Assembly: GCA_036277655.1 (NCBI GenBank)
Contig: DASUMM010000278.1
Span: 1 to 38,990, forward strand
Source of the DNA: Burkholderiales bacterium
GTDB lineage: Bacteria > Pseudomonadota > Gammaproteobacteria > Burkholderiales > SG8-39
Reading direction: 5' to 3'
DNA: 38,990 nt
Shown here: in pieces, positions 1 through 9,287 of the stretch
How the letters are laid out: each line of letters begins with the position of its first letter
Numbering within the stretch: position 1 is the first letter of the stretch
Translations under genes and position numbers: made by a program
The notes under the pieces: generated by a model
The model's database searches: none
Seen by the model: the letters and a program-made list of their open reading frames with translations, nothing else
What the model was told of the DNA's origin: nothing

Positions 1-1
1 A

Positions 2-688
2 GGGCGCGTGCGATGCGGCAAGTGCGCCGCTGTGTTCGACGGCGTCGCCGCGCTCGATGAGCCGGAAGCGATCCCGGCCGTGCAAGAGGAACCGTCGCCG
101 CAACTTGCGCTCTTCGAGCCGGCCCACCTCGGCACCACTCCCAAGATTGCAGGGGAGACCCTGGCGCCGCAGGCCGGGTTCCTTCGCGATGCGGAAGCTG
201 CGCCGGGGAATCGCGCCGGATGGGCGATTGGCGCAGCCTGCGCCGCGTTGCTGCTGCTGCTCCAGGCGGCATTTCTCTATCGCACCGAATTGTCCGTGCT
301 GTTTCCGGCTGCGCGGGAGCCGCTGGCTGCGATTTGCCGCACGATCGGCTGCACCGTCCCCTGGCCGCGCAAGGTCGAACTGATGGCGATCGAGACCTCC
401 GACCTGGAAGCGGATCGTCGCCACGACGGCGTGATCGTTCTCCTTGCGCAGATTCGCAACCGCGCGCCGTTCCCGCAGGAATATCCGGCGCTCGAGCTGA
501 CGCTCACCGATGAGCGTGACCAGCCGGTGCTGAGAAAAGTGCTTGCGCCAGCCGACTATCTTCCGCAGGCGAGTGCGGAGCAGCGTGCGAACGGCATGGC
601 TGCAGGCGCCGATGAGAGCCTGCGTATGCACCTGCACCCCGGCTCGCTCAAGCCGGTCGGCTACCGGCTGTACCTTTTCTATCCTTGA
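2..688 (+). CDS. zinc-ribbon (MJ0042-type) plus DUF3426-like membrane protein, 5' end cut by the window edge
   Basis: Track ORF 8..688, with the frame open back to base 2. The sequence begins inside a CxxC zinc-ribbon half (RCGKCAAVFDG). It has one hydrophobic segment (WAIGAACAALLLLLQAAFLY) followed by a C-terminal domain. The family assignment is from memory of this architecture. Confidence 0.6.
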   Translation, partial: GRVRCGKCAAVFDGVAALDEPEAIPAVQEEPSPQLALFEPAHLGTTPKIAGETLAPQAGFLRDAEAAPGNRAGWAIGAACAALLLLLQAAFLYRTELSVLFPAAREPLAAICRTIGCTVPWPRKVELMAIETSDLEADRRHDGVIVLLAQIRNRAPFPQEYPALELTLTDERDQPVLRKVLAPADYLPQASAEQRANGMAAGADESLRMHLHPGSLKPVGYRLYLFYP

Positions 689-1101
689 GATGTAAGCCGC
701 TCGCGAATCCGGGCGGCCGCTTCTTCCAAACGCTCGCGCGGCGGGTTCTTCACCGGCCAGGTCAGTTGCATCCCATCCCCTTCGTGCCGCGGCACCAGAT
801 GCAGGTGGAAATGGAACACGGTCTGGCCCGCCGGCTTGCCGTTCGCCTGGTAGACCGAAAGGCCCGCGGGCTGATACGCATCGCGGATCGCACGCGCGAT
901 GCGCACCTGGGCCCGTCCCAGCGCCGCCGCTTGTGCTTCGTCGAGCGCGTACAGATCCGGCGCATGCCGTTTCGCTGCGACGAGGACGTGGCCGGGATTC
1001 ACCTGGCCGATGTCCATGAACGCGAGCACTTCGGCGTCTTCGTACACGCGGGTCGACGGAATCTGCCCGGCGACGATCTTGCAGAATACACAGTCGGTCA
1101 T
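679..1101 (-). CDS. HIT (histidine triad) family nucleotide hydrolase/transferase
   Basis: Track ORF 679..1152, trimmed to the internal Met (MTDCVFCKIVAG, a typical HIT N-terminus). Histidine triad motif HFHLHLVPR is present. The ATG at 1101..1099 overlaps the apaH stop (ATGA at 1098-1101). Confidence 0.88.
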   Translation of the reverse strand: MTDCVFCKIVAGQIPSTRVYEDAEVLAFMDIGQVNPGHVLVAAKRHAPDLYALDEAQAAALGRAQVRIARAIRDAYQPAGLSVYQANGKPAGQTVFHFHLHLVPRHEGDGMQLTWPVKNPPRERLEEAAARIRERLTSQG

Positions 1102-1916
1102 TGGCTCTCTCCAATAGGCTGATGGCCTTCGCAGGGTACCTGCGCGAGCCACCGGTCCTCAAGCCGCAGCGCAGTCAGGGCACCCCCCCAAACGCAGCCC
1201 GAATCGAGAAGCGCAACCCGCTCCGTAAGGTGCAGCCCTAGCGCCGACCAGTGTCCGCAGACGATCGTCGGTTCGTCGCGTGCCGGGCGCACGGCGAACC
1301 AGGAGGCGAATCCCTGCGGCGGCTGCACGCCGCTGGAACCGAACTCCATCCGACCGTCGGAGGTGCAAAAGCGCAGCCGCGTCATCACGTTGACGATGGC
1401 GCGCAGCCGATCGAAGCCGCCTAGCGAATCGTCCCAGCGCTCGGGGTGATTGCCATACATGTTGGCGAGGAATTCCCGGTAATGCGGCGCGCAAAGCACC
1501 TGCTCGACTTCGCGTGCAAGTGAGGCAGCCCGTGCAACGGTCCATTGCGGCAGCAGCGCCGCATGCACCATCGCATGGCGACCCTCCATGTGAAACAGCG
1601 GCCGCGTGCGCAGCCACGACACGAGCTCGGCTGCGTCCGGGGCATCGAGCACGTCGTGAAACGTGTCCGACTTGCGACGGCGCTCGGCCCCTTCGAACTG
1701 CGCGACGAGGTGCAGGTCGTGGTTTCCAAGCACCACGTTGGCGCGATCGCCGAGCGAGCGCACGAAACGCAGCACTTCGAGCGACTTCGGCCCGCGATTC
1801 ACGAGGTCGCCGACCAGCCAGAGCCGGTCACTCGTTGGGTTGAACCCAATGCGCGCAAGAAGCTGCTGCAGCTCGTCGTAGCAACCCTGGATGTCGCCGA
1901 TCGCGTAGGTGGCCAT
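1098..1916 (-). CDS. apaH: bis(5'-nucleosyl)-tetraphosphatase, symmetrical (ApaH)
   Basis: 272 aa with metallophosphatase motifs GDIQGC, GDLVNRGP and GNHD. N-terminus is MATYAIGDIQGCYDELQQLL, characteristic of ApaH. Confidence 0.92.
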   Translation of the reverse strand: MATYAIGDIQGCYDELQQLLARIGFNPTSDRLWLVGDLVNRGPKSLEVLRFVRSLGDRANVVLGNHDLHLVAQFEGAERRRKSDTFHDVLDAPDAAELVSWLRTRPLFHMEGRHAMVHAALLPQWTVARAASLAREVEQVLCAPHYREFLANMYGNHPERWDDSLGGFDRLRAIVNVMTRLRFCTSDGRMEFGSSGVQPPQGFASWFAVRPARDEPTIVCGHWSALGLHLTERVALLDSGCVWGGALTALRLEDRWLAQVPCEGHQPIGESQ

Positions 1917-1928
1917 GCTTGCAGCAGC

Positions 1929-3431
1929 TTACAACTGCGAGTCGATCCTGCGGTATTGGATCGCCTCGGCAACTTCGGCGAGGCCGATGGATTCCTTTCC
2001 GGACAGATCCGAGATCGAGCGCGCGACGTGCAACACACGATGGAATCCGCGTGCCGAGAGCGAAAGCCGCGACATCGCCTGCTTGAGCAGGCTCTCGGCC
2101 TCCGTGTCCATTCTGCAGAGGCGCACCGTCTCGCGCGCCGACAGCCAGGCGTTCGGCTTTCCCTGGCGCGCGTGCTGGCGCTCGCGCGCCACGCGAACGC
2201 GCGCGGCAACCTGGGTGGACGCCTCGCCCTCGAGATCGCCGGTCATCTCGGAGTCGAGCGGTCGCGGCACCTCGATCTTCAGATCGATACGATCGAGGAG
2301 CGGGCCGGAAATCTTCGACCGGTAGCGTGCAATCTGATCGGGTGTGCACCGGCATCTGGCCGACGGCTCGCCGAGGTGGCCGCAGGGGCAGGGATTCATC
2401 GCCGCAACGAGCTGGAAACGGGAGGGGAAGGTGGCATGCCACGCCGCGCGTGCGATCGCGATCGTTCCCGATTCGAGCGGCTCGCGCAGTGCCTCCAGCG
2501 CATCGCGTGGAAATTCGGGCAGCTCATCGAGAAACAGCACGCCATGGTGGGCAAGCGAGATCTCGCCCGGCCTGGGCGGAATTCCGCCGCCGATCAGCGC
2601 CGCACTGGATGCGCTGTGGTGCGGCGCTCGGAACGGGCGCTCTGCCCAGCGCGCCGGATCGAAGCCGGAGCCGGATGCCGAATGCACCGAAGCGCTTTCG
2701 AGCGCTTCAGGCTCGCTCATCGGCGGCAGGATGCCCGGAAGGCGCGCGGCGAGCATCGACTTGCCCGTGCCGGGTGGACCCAGCATCAGCAAGGCGTGCG
2801 CTCCCGCGGCCGCAATTTCCAGCGCGCGCTTGGCGTGCGCCTGCCCCTTCACGTCGGCGAGGTCGAGCGATCCCGAAAGGGCTTGTGAAGCGCCGTTCCG
2901 ATACGGAACCAATCGAGTTTCGCCTGCGATGTGCGCGCACACTTCGAGCAGCGTCCGGGCTGGAAGCACGCATGCGCGCCTGGCAAGTGCCGCTTGCGCC
3001 GCGCTCGGGTGCGGCAGCACAAACGCGCGCCCGGCGGCCGAGGCGCCGAGCGCCATCGCAAGCGCACCGCGCACCGGCCGCAGCTCTCCGGTGAGCGAAA
3101 GCTCTCCGGCGAACTCGTGGCCCGCGAGCGCCGCAGCTTTCAACTGACCGCTCGCGGCAAGAATGCCAAGCGCGATCGGCAGATCGAAACGACTGGAATC
3201 CTTGGGCAGATCGGCCGGAGCAAGGTTGACGGTGATGCGACGCGCCGGGAACTCGAAGCGCGCTTCATGCAAGGCGGCGCGCACGCGGTCTTTTGCCTCG
3301 CGCACTTCGGCGTCGGGAAGGCCGACGATGTGGAACGCCGGCAACCCCGGCCCGAGATGCACTTCGACGGTGACCTCGGGCGCGGCGATCCCCGCGAGCG
3401 CGCGGCTCGCTACCGTGGCAAGCGGCATCAC
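1929..3431 (-). CDS. comM: YifB/ComM family Mg-chelatase-like AAA+ ATPase
   Basis: 500 aa with an N-terminal Lon-protease-like domain. Walker A is LGPPGTGKSML and Walker B is VLFLDELPEF. Cys cluster is CPCGHLGEPSARCRC. Confidence 0.9.
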   Translation of the reverse strand: MMPLATVASRALAGIAAPEVTVEVHLGPGLPAFHIVGLPDAEVREAKDRVRAALHEARFEFPARRITVNLAPADLPKDSSRFDLPIALGILAASGQLKAAALAGHEFAGELSLTGELRPVRGALAMALGASAAGRAFVLPHPSAAQAALARRACVLPARTLLEVCAHIAGETRLVPYRNGASQALSGSLDLADVKGQAHAKRALEIAAAGAHALLMLGPPGTGKSMLAARLPGILPPMSEPEALESASVHSASGSGFDPARWAERPFRAPHHSASSAALIGGGIPPRPGEISLAHHGVLFLDELPEFPRDALEALREPLESGTIAIARAAWHATFPSRFQLVAAMNPCPCGHLGEPSARCRCTPDQIARYRSKISGPLLDRIDLKIEVPRPLDSEMTGDLEGEASTQVAARVRVARERQHARQGKPNAWLSARETVRLCRMDTEAESLLKQAMSRLSLSARGFHRVLHVARSISDLSGKESIGLAEVAEAIQYRRIDSQL

Positions 3432-3457
3432 AATCCCTGCCTTGAGAAACGCGCCGC

Positions 3458-3718
3458 CTAGCGGGGCGGTTTACCGTCGCCTGCGCGGTTCGCCTCCAGC
3501 TCGGCAACGCGCGCCTCGAGCGCAGCGAGCTTTTCCTGCGCGCGCGCGAGGAGCTTCCGCTGCACTTCGAAATCCTCCCGCGGCACGACGTCGAAGCGCT
3601 CGAAGAAGGCAACCAGCAACGCGCGCAGATTCTTCTGCAAATCCTCCATCGGCGAGCCGCGGAACGCCTCGTCGATGCGCGATCCGAGTTCCTCGAGCGG
3701 GCTTCGTGCCATGCGCAT
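3458..3718 (-). CDS. ubiK: UbiK/YqiC (BMFP) family accessory factor, coiled-coil protein
   Basis: Track ORF 3458..3808, trimmed to MRMARSPLEEL (ATG at 3718..3716). It carries the family-typical segment VVPREDFEVQRKLLARAQEKLAALEARVAELE. Start choice between M31 and M33 of the track ORF is uncertain. Confidence 0.7.
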   Translation of the reverse strand: MRMARSPLEELGSRIDEAFRGSPMEDLQKNLRALLVAFFERFDVVPREDFEVQRKLLARAQEKLAALEARVAELEANRAGDGKPPR

Positions 3719-3751
3719 CAGTCTAGCGCATGGGCATGCTAGGCTCGCCGG

Positions 3752-5284
3752 ATGAATCTCGCCGAGCACGTGCTCGGACCGCAGGCGCTCGCACGGCATG
3801 GCGGGCAAATTGCGTTGCGCTGCGAGGGAGCCTCGGTCACTTACGCGGAACTCGCGCTGCAGGTCGAGCGGGCAGCCGAGGTGTTTCGAGCGCTCGGAGT
3901 GATGGCCGGTGAGCGCGTGCTGCTGCTCTCACGCGATACGCCGGAACATGTCGCCGCCTGGCTGGGCGCGGCGCGCGCGGGCGCTGTGGCGGTCGCCCTC
4001 AACACGCGCATCTCGGAAGCCGAGTATCTGCATGTGTGCGCGGACAGCTCGGCGAGCGTCTCGCTGGTGGAGGATCATTTCGTGCGTGCGCGACCGGATC
4101 TTGCTGCCAAGTTTCGCGAGCGCGGTCGGCTCGTCGTTACCGGAGCCTCGCAGGGCGCACGTTCCTGGCGCGAGCTCGCCTCGCATACCCGGTCGCCCGG
4201 CCCCGCACACCCGGCGAACGCGGAGGATCCCGCATTCTGGCTCTACTCTTCCGGCACCACCGGAAAGCCAAAGGCGATCGTCCACGCGCACAAGGACGTC
4301 CTGCAGGCGGGGCAGGTCTATCGCGACACGCTGGAACTCGCGCCCGGCGACAAGGTGTTCGTCACCTCGAAGCTGTTCTTTGCCTACGCGCTCGATCACG
4401 GCATGCTGGGGGCGCTCGCGCAGGGTCTGACGTGCGTTCTGCATCCGGACTGGCCGGAGATTGCCGACGCCGTTCGGCTCGTCGATGAAGAGCGCCCGAC
4501 CCTTTTCGCGAGCGTGCCCTCGTTTTATCGGCGCCTCGCGGCGCTACCGGATTCCGAGCTCGAGCCGTTTCGTCACGTGCGTTACTTTCTCTCCGGCGGC
4601 GAACGCATCCCGGAGTCGCTCGCGGCACGCTGGAAGCAGGCGACCGGGGGAGAGCTCCTCTCGATCTACGGCATGTCCGAGACTTTCTGCGTCTGCATGG
4701 TGACGCCGCGCGGCCTTGCCGGTCTCGCCCGCCCCGGGAAGCCGCTTGCCGGCGTCGACGTGCGGCTGCTGACCGAATCGGCAAGCGAAGCGCGCATCGG
4801 CGAGCCGGGAGTGCTGTGGGTGAGACACCCTGCCCTGGCGAGCGGCTATGCCAATCTGCCGCAGAAAACGTCCGAAGCCTTCCAGGACGGCTGGTTTTGT
4901 ACCCACGATGTCTTCGTGCGCGACGCATCCGGGCTCTACACGCACCAGGGACGCAGCGATGAGATGCTCAAGATCGCCGGCCAGTACGTGCAGCCGGGCG
5001 AGATCGAGCAGGCGCTCGCCGCCGAGCCTTTGGTCGCCGAAGCCGTCTGCGTGCCGGTGCTCGATGGTGACGGCTTCGACCGGCTGGCGCTCTTCGTTAC
5101 CGCGCGCGGCGACGCTGCGGCGGCCATCGCGGCGGCCGAGCGGGCGTGCGAAGCGAAGCTGCCTCGCTTCAAGCGCCCGAAATGGGTCTTGAGCGTGCCC
5201 GAGATTCCGCGCACCGCCACCGGCAAGGTGCAACGCTTCCGCCTGAAGGAGATCCTCGCGCGCGAGCTCGGCGGCGCGGGCTAG
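3752..5284 (+). CDS. benzoate-CoA ligase family aromatic acid-CoA ligase (AMP-forming)
   Basis: 510 aa with AMP-binding motif WLYSSGTTGKPKAIVHAHKD and C-terminal ...GKVQRFRL. The overall pattern resembles the benzoate/hydroxybenzoate-CoA ligase subfamily. The substrate cannot be read from the sequence. Confidence 0.85.
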   Translation: MNLAEHVLGPQALARHGGQIALRCEGASVTYAELALQVERAAEVFRALGVMAGERVLLLSRDTPEHVAAWLGAARAGAVAVALNTRISEAEYLHVCADSSASVSLVEDHFVRARPDLAAKFRERGRLVVTGASQGARSWRELASHTRSPGPAHPANAEDPAFWLYSSGTTGKPKAIVHAHKDVLQAGQVYRDTLELAPGDKVFVTSKLFFAYALDHGMLGALAQGLTCVLHPDWPEIADAVRLVDEERPTLFASVPSFYRRLAALPDSELEPFRHVRYFLSGGERIPESLAARWKQATGGELLSIYGMSETFCVCMVTPRGLAGLARPGKPLAGVDVRLLTESASEARIGEPGVLWVRHPALASGYANLPQKTSEAFQDGWFCTHDVFVRDASGLYTHQGRSDEMLKIAGQYVQPGEIEQALAAEPLVAEAVCVPVLDGDGFDRLALFVTARGDAAAAIAAAERACEAKLPRFKRPKWVLSVPEIPRTATGKVQRFRLKEILARELGGAG

Positions 5285-5340
5285 AATCCGCTCCTTCCGG
5301 CGCACGCCGCGTCTCGCAAATCCTTTCTCGAGAGAACCCA

Positions 5341-6033
5341 ATGGCCTACGCAGTCTCGATTTGGAATCCGCCGGCATTGCCGATCGCCGGCTCGAACGAT
5401 TCTTTCCCCGTCCGCCGCATCTTCTGCGTCGGGCGCAACTACGTCGAGCATCAGAAGGAAATGGGCGGCGACGGCCGGGAGCAGCCGTTCTTTTTTCTCA
5501 AGTCGGCGCACGCGCTGGTGCCTCTGGGGGGCGCGGTGCACTACCCGCCCAAGACGTCGAACCTGCACTATGAAACCGAGATGGTGGTTGCCATCGCGCG
5601 CCAGGGGCGCCGTATCGCAGCGAAAGACGCGGCCAGCTACATTTTCGGCTATGCGGTGGGCCTCGACATGACGCGACGCGACCTGCAGCAGATCGGCAAG
5701 GACAAGGGCCGGCCGTGGGATTTCGGCAAGGACTTCGACGAGGCCGCGCCGTGCAGCGCGCTCGCGCCCGCAGCGCGCATCGGACATCCGGCGAACGGCA
5801 CGATTTCGCTGCTGGTAAACGGCAAGGAGCGCCAGCGCGCCGACCTGTCGGAAATGATCTGGTCCGTTCCCGAGCAGATCGAGTACCTGTCGAGCTACTA
5901 CACCATCGAACCCGGCGACCTGATCTTCAGCGGCACGCCCGCCGGCGTCGGCCCGGTGCAGCCGGGCGACGAGTTGCATGCGAGCGTTGCCGGGGTCGGC
6001 GAACTGAAGGTGAAAATCGTTCCGCCGCTGTGA
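5341..6033 (+). CDS. small FAH-family hydrolase (fumarylpyruvate hydrolase-like)
   Basis: Track ORF 5146..6033, trimmed to MAYAVSIWNP (ATG at 5341). About 230 aa with FAH-fold motifs GRNYVEH, YETEMVV and IFSGTPAGVG. The size matches the short fumarylpyruvate/acylpyruvate hydrolase class, not the ~430-aa fumarylacetoacetase. Confidence 0.8.
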   Translation: MAYAVSIWNPPALPIAGSNDSFPVRRIFCVGRNYVEHQKEMGGDGREQPFFFLKSAHALVPLGGAVHYPPKTSNLHYETEMVVAIARQGRRIAAKDAASYIFGYAVGLDMTRRDLQQIGKDKGRPWDFGKDFDEAAPCSALAPAARIGHPANGTISLLVNGKERQRADLSEMIWSVPEQIEYLSSYYTIEPGDLIFSGTPAGVGPVQPGDELHASVAGVGELKVKIVPPL

Positions 6034-6674
6034 AGCTGTACACGTTCTTCCGCGGCTCTTCGCCGTTCCGCGTACGTATCGCGCTAAACCTGAAGGGGCT
6101 TGCCTACGAGTCGGCGTTCGTGCACCTCGGCAAAGGCGAGCAGCGTAAGCCCGCATACTCGGCGGTCAACCCGCAGGCGCTGGTGCCCTCGCTGGTGCTC
6201 GAGGATGGGCAGGTGCTCACGCAATCGCTTGCCATCATCGAGTATCTGGAGGAAGTGCATCCGCAACCGCCGCTGCTGCCTTCCGATGCGCTCGGACGTG
6301 CCAGGGTGCGCGCGCTCTCGCTCATCGTCGCTTGCGAGATTCACCCCCTCAACAATGCGCGTACGCTCGCCTACCTGCGCAAGAGCTTGAACCATAGCGA
6401 GGAGGAGGCGAACGAGTGGTATCGCCACTGGATCGCCGACGGCCTCGCCAAGCTGGAAGGAACGCTGGCGCGCTTTCCCGGCAGCGGCAGGTTTTGTCAC
6501 GGCGATGCGCCGACGATGGCCGATTGCTGCCTCGTCCCGCAGGTGTTCAACGCAAAGCGCTACGGCTGCGAGACGGCGCCTTTTCCCATGATCATGCGCA
6601 TCTTCGGAGAATGCATGAAGCTCGAGGCATTCGATCGCGCACAGCCGTCGAAGCAACCGGACGCGGAAGGCTGA
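6030..6674 (+). CDS. maiA: maleylacetoacetate/maleylpyruvate isomerase (GST zeta class)
   Basis: GTG at 6030 overlaps the stop of the preceding gene (GTGA). N-terminus is VKLYTFFRGSSPFRVRIALNLKG, carrying the zeta-class SSxxxRVRIAL motif. About 214 aa. Confidence 0.85.
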   Translation: MKLYTFFRGSSPFRVRIALNLKGLAYESAFVHLGKGEQRKPAYSAVNPQALVPSLVLEDGQVLTQSLAIIEYLEEVHPQPPLLPSDALGRARVRALSLIVACEIHPLNNARTLAYLRKSLNHSEEEANEWYRHWIADGLAKLEGTLARFPGSGRFCHGDAPTMADCCLVPQVFNAKRYGCETAPFPMIMRIFGECMKLEAFDRAQPSKQPDAEG

Positions 6675-6681
6675 CGGAGCG

Positions 6682-7350
6682 GTGATCGACAAGGCCGTCG
6701 CCTCCTTTCAAGCTGCGGTCGCCGGCATTGCCGATGGCACGACGATCCTGATCGGCGGCTTCGGCAATGCCGGGATGCCGTTTGAACTGGTCGACGCGTT
6801 GATCGCCCAGGGCGCCAAGGACCTGACCGTCGTCAACAACAACGCCGGCAACGCCGAGACCGGCGTCGCGGCGCTGCTGAAGGCACGGCGGGTGCGCAAG
6901 ATCCTCTGCTCCTTTCCGCGGCAAGCCGACTCGTGGGTGTTCGATTCGCTGTATCGCGCAGGAGAAATTGAGCTCGAGCTGGTTCCGCAGGGAAACCTGG
7001 CGTGCCGCATCGAGGCGGCGGGTGCAGGCCTGGGCGCGATCTACACGCCGACGGGATACGGCACGTTGCTCGCGGAAGGAAAGGAAACGCGCGAATTCGA
7101 CGGCCGCACGTACGTACTGGAGATGCCGATCCGCGCCGACTACGCATTCGTCCAGGCCGAAAAGGCCGATCGCTGGGGGAACCTCGTCTATCGCAAGGCG
7201 GCGCGCAACTTCGGCCCGATCATGGCGCGCGCCGCGCGCTGCACCATCGCGCAAGTGCGCGAGATCGTTCCGCTGGGGGCGCTCGACCCGGAAGCGATCG
7301 TCACGCCGGGAATCTTCGTGCATCGTGTCGTGCAGATGAGCGACTCATGA
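6682..7350 (+). CDS. pcaI: 3-oxoadipate (3-oxoacid) CoA-transferase subunit A
   Basis: 222 aa, MIDKAVASFQAAVAGIADGTTILIGGFGNAGMP. The start is a GTG. The pcaI call rests on direct coupling to pcaJ and pcaHG. Confidence 0.85.
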   Translation: MIDKAVASFQAAVAGIADGTTILIGGFGNAGMPFELVDALIAQGAKDLTVVNNNAGNAETGVAALLKARRVRKILCSFPRQADSWVFDSLYRAGEIELELVPQGNLACRIEAAGAGLGAIYTPTGYGTLLAEGKETREFDGRTYVLEMPIRADYAFVQAEKADRWGNLVYRKAARNFGPIMARAARCTIAQVREIVPLGALDPEAIVTPGIFVHRVVQMSDS

Positions 7351-7994
7351 GACGACGCAGCCGCGACGAAATCGCCGCGCGCGTGGCGCGTGACATTGCC
7401 GAAGGGTGGTATGTCAACCTCGGCATCGGCTTGCCGACGCTCGTCGGCAACCATTTGCCCAAGGACCACGAGATTTTCCTGCACAGCGAGAACGGCATCC
7501 TCGGCATGGGACCGGCGCCGGCGAAAGGCAACGAAGATCCGGATCTGATCAACGCCGGCAAGCAACCGGTGACGCTGCTTGTCGGCGGCGCATACTTCCA
7601 CCACGGCGACTCGTTCGCGATGATGCGCGGCGGGCACCTCGACCTCACCGTGCTCGGCGCGTTCCAGGTCTCGCACAAGGGCGATCTTGCCAACTGGCAC
7701 ACCGGCGAGCCGGGCGCGATCCCGGCCGTAGGGGGCGCGATGGACCTGGCGGTTGGCGCGAAAAAGGTGTTCGTGATGATGGAGCACGTGACCAAGGCCG
7801 GCGAGCCGAAGATCGTCCAGCGCTGCACCTATCCGCTTACCGCCGTGCAATGCGTGGACCGGATCTTCACCGACCTTGCGGTGATCGATGTGACGGACGA
7901 AGGGCTCCGCGTGGTCGAGATGGTCGAAGGACTGGCCTTCGAGGAATTGCAGCGCCTGACCGCCGCGCCGCTGAAAAAGAGGGAAAGCCGATGA
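7347..7994 (+). CDS. pcaJ: 3-oxoadipate (3-oxoacid) CoA-transferase subunit B
   Basis: ATG at 7347 overlaps the pcaI stop (ATGA). Catalytic SENG motif is present (FLHSENGILGMGP). About 215 aa. The track ORF 7002..7994 is over-extended at the 5' end. Confidence 0.85.
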   Translation: MRRRSRDEIAARVARDIAEGWYVNLGIGLPTLVGNHLPKDHEIFLHSENGILGMGPAPAKGNEDPDLINAGKQPVTLLVGGAYFHHGDSFAMMRGGHLDLTVLGAFQVSHKGDLANWHTGEPGAIPAVGGAMDLAVGAKKVFVMMEHVTKAGEPKIVQRCTYPLTAVQCVDRIFTDLAVIDVTDEGLRVVEMVEGLAFEELQRLTAAPLKKRESR

Positions 7995-8707
7995 AGAAGC
8001 TCGCAACGTACCGGCGGCCGCATCCTGGCACGCAACCCGACTACGACTATCCGCCGTACGCTTCGACGCAAAAGCGCCATCCGAAGCAGCCCCTCGTCGT
8101 TGCACCGCAGACGCTCTCGGAGCTGACCGGCCCGCTTTTCGGCTGGGACGACGTCAAGCCGGGGGACCATGACCTGACGCGCCAGCACAAGGGCGAGCCG
8201 ATCGGTGAGCGCATCATCGTCAGCGGCCGTGTGCTCGACGAGAACGCAAGGCCGGTGCCGCACACGCTGGTGGAGATCTGGCAGGCAAATTCCGCCGGGC
8301 GGTATCCGTACCGGACTGACCAGCACGATGCACCGCTCGATCCGAATTTTTCCGGCGCCGGCCGCACGCTCACCGATGCCGAAGGCCGCTATCGCTTCGT
8401 CACCATCCGGCCTGGCGAGTATCCGTGGGGCAACCACTACAACGCGTGGCGTCCGGCGCACATCCATTTTTCTCTTTTCGGCCCCGCGTTCATGACGCGG
8501 CTGGTGACGCAGATGTACTTTCCAGGCGATCCGCTGCTCGAATACGACCCGATGTACACCTGCATCGCGGATGAAAAGGCGCGCAAGCGCCTGGTGTCGG
8601 TGTTCGATTGGGAAACGACGGTGCCGGCGCATGCGCTTGGTTACCGCTTCGATATCGTGCTGCGCGGCAGGGACGCCACCCCGCACGACCCGTCTCCCGG
8701 CGAATAG
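7991..8707 (+). CDS. pcaH: protocatechuate 3,4-dioxygenase beta subunit
   Basis: ATG at 7991 overlaps the pcaJ stop (ATGA). N-terminus is MKKLATYRRPHPGTQPDYDYPPY, followed by VEIWQANSAGRYPY and WRPAHIHFSLFGP. 238 aa. Confidence 0.92.
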   Translation: MKKLATYRRPHPGTQPDYDYPPYASTQKRHPKQPLVVAPQTLSELTGPLFGWDDVKPGDHDLTRQHKGEPIGERIIVSGRVLDENARPVPHTLVEIWQANSAGRYPYRTDQHDAPLDPNFSGAGRTLTDAEGRYRFVTIRPGEYPWGNHYNAWRPAHIHFSLFGPAFMTRLVTQMYFPGDPLLEYDPMYTCIADEKARKRLVSVFDWETTVPAHALGYRFDIVLRGRDATPHDPSPGE

Positions 8708-8717
8708 GAGCGTTGCG

Positions 8718-9287
8718 ATGAGCCTGTATGCAACCGGACACCAGACGGTCGGCCCGTACCTTTACATCGGCCTCTCCTGGCTGACAACGACGCGCATCGC
8801 GCCTGCCGGCATTGCGGGGGAGCGGGTCACGATCGAGGGACGCGTTCTCGATGGCGATGGCGCAGGCGTCGCCGACGGCATGCTCGAGATCTGGCAAGCG
8901 GACGCCAACGGCAAGTACGCGCATCCCGAGGACACGCAGAAGAAAGCCGCAACGCCGGGCTTTCGCGGATTCGGCCGCATTCCGACGAATAACCGCGGCG
9001 CCTTTCGCTTCTCGACAATCAAGCCGGGCAGCGTTGCCGGACCGAACGCCGTTGCGCAGGCGCCGCACCTCGTCGTTTCGGTGTTCATGCGCGGCTCGCT
9101 CAAGCACCTCGCAACCCGCATGTATTTCCCGGACGAAGCGGCCAATCCCCGGGATCCGATCCTGCAACTCGTGCCGCCGGCGCGGCGGCCCACGCTGATC
9201 GCCAGACGCGCGCGCGACCGCAAGGGCGCGCTGCAATGGGACGTGATCCTGCAGGGAGAAAACGAGACGGTCTTCTTCGACTACTGA
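8718..9287 (+). CDS. pcaG: protocatechuate 3,4-dioxygenase alpha subunit
   Basis: ATG at 8718, 10 nt after the pcaH stop. N-terminus is MSLYATGHQTVGPYLYIGL, followed by LEIWQADANGKY. 189 aa. Confidence 0.9.
   Translation: MSLYATGHQTVGPYLYIGLSWLTTTRIAPAGIAGERVTIEGRVLDGDGAGVADGMLEIWQADANGKYAHPEDTQKKAATPGFRGFGRIPTNNRGAFRFSTIKPGSVAGPNAVAQAPHLVVSVFMRGSLKHLATRMYFPDEAANPRDPILQLVPPARRPTLIARRARDRKGALQWDVILQGENETVFFDY

Noticed and set aside
5715-6029. A 5' extension of the maiA ORF in the track (319 aa) that overlaps the FAH-family gene
   Set aside because: The GST-zeta N-terminus (VKLYTFFRGSSPFRVRIAL) begins at the GTG at 6030, exactly at the stop of the upstream gene. The extension is an out-of-frame read of the FAH gene.
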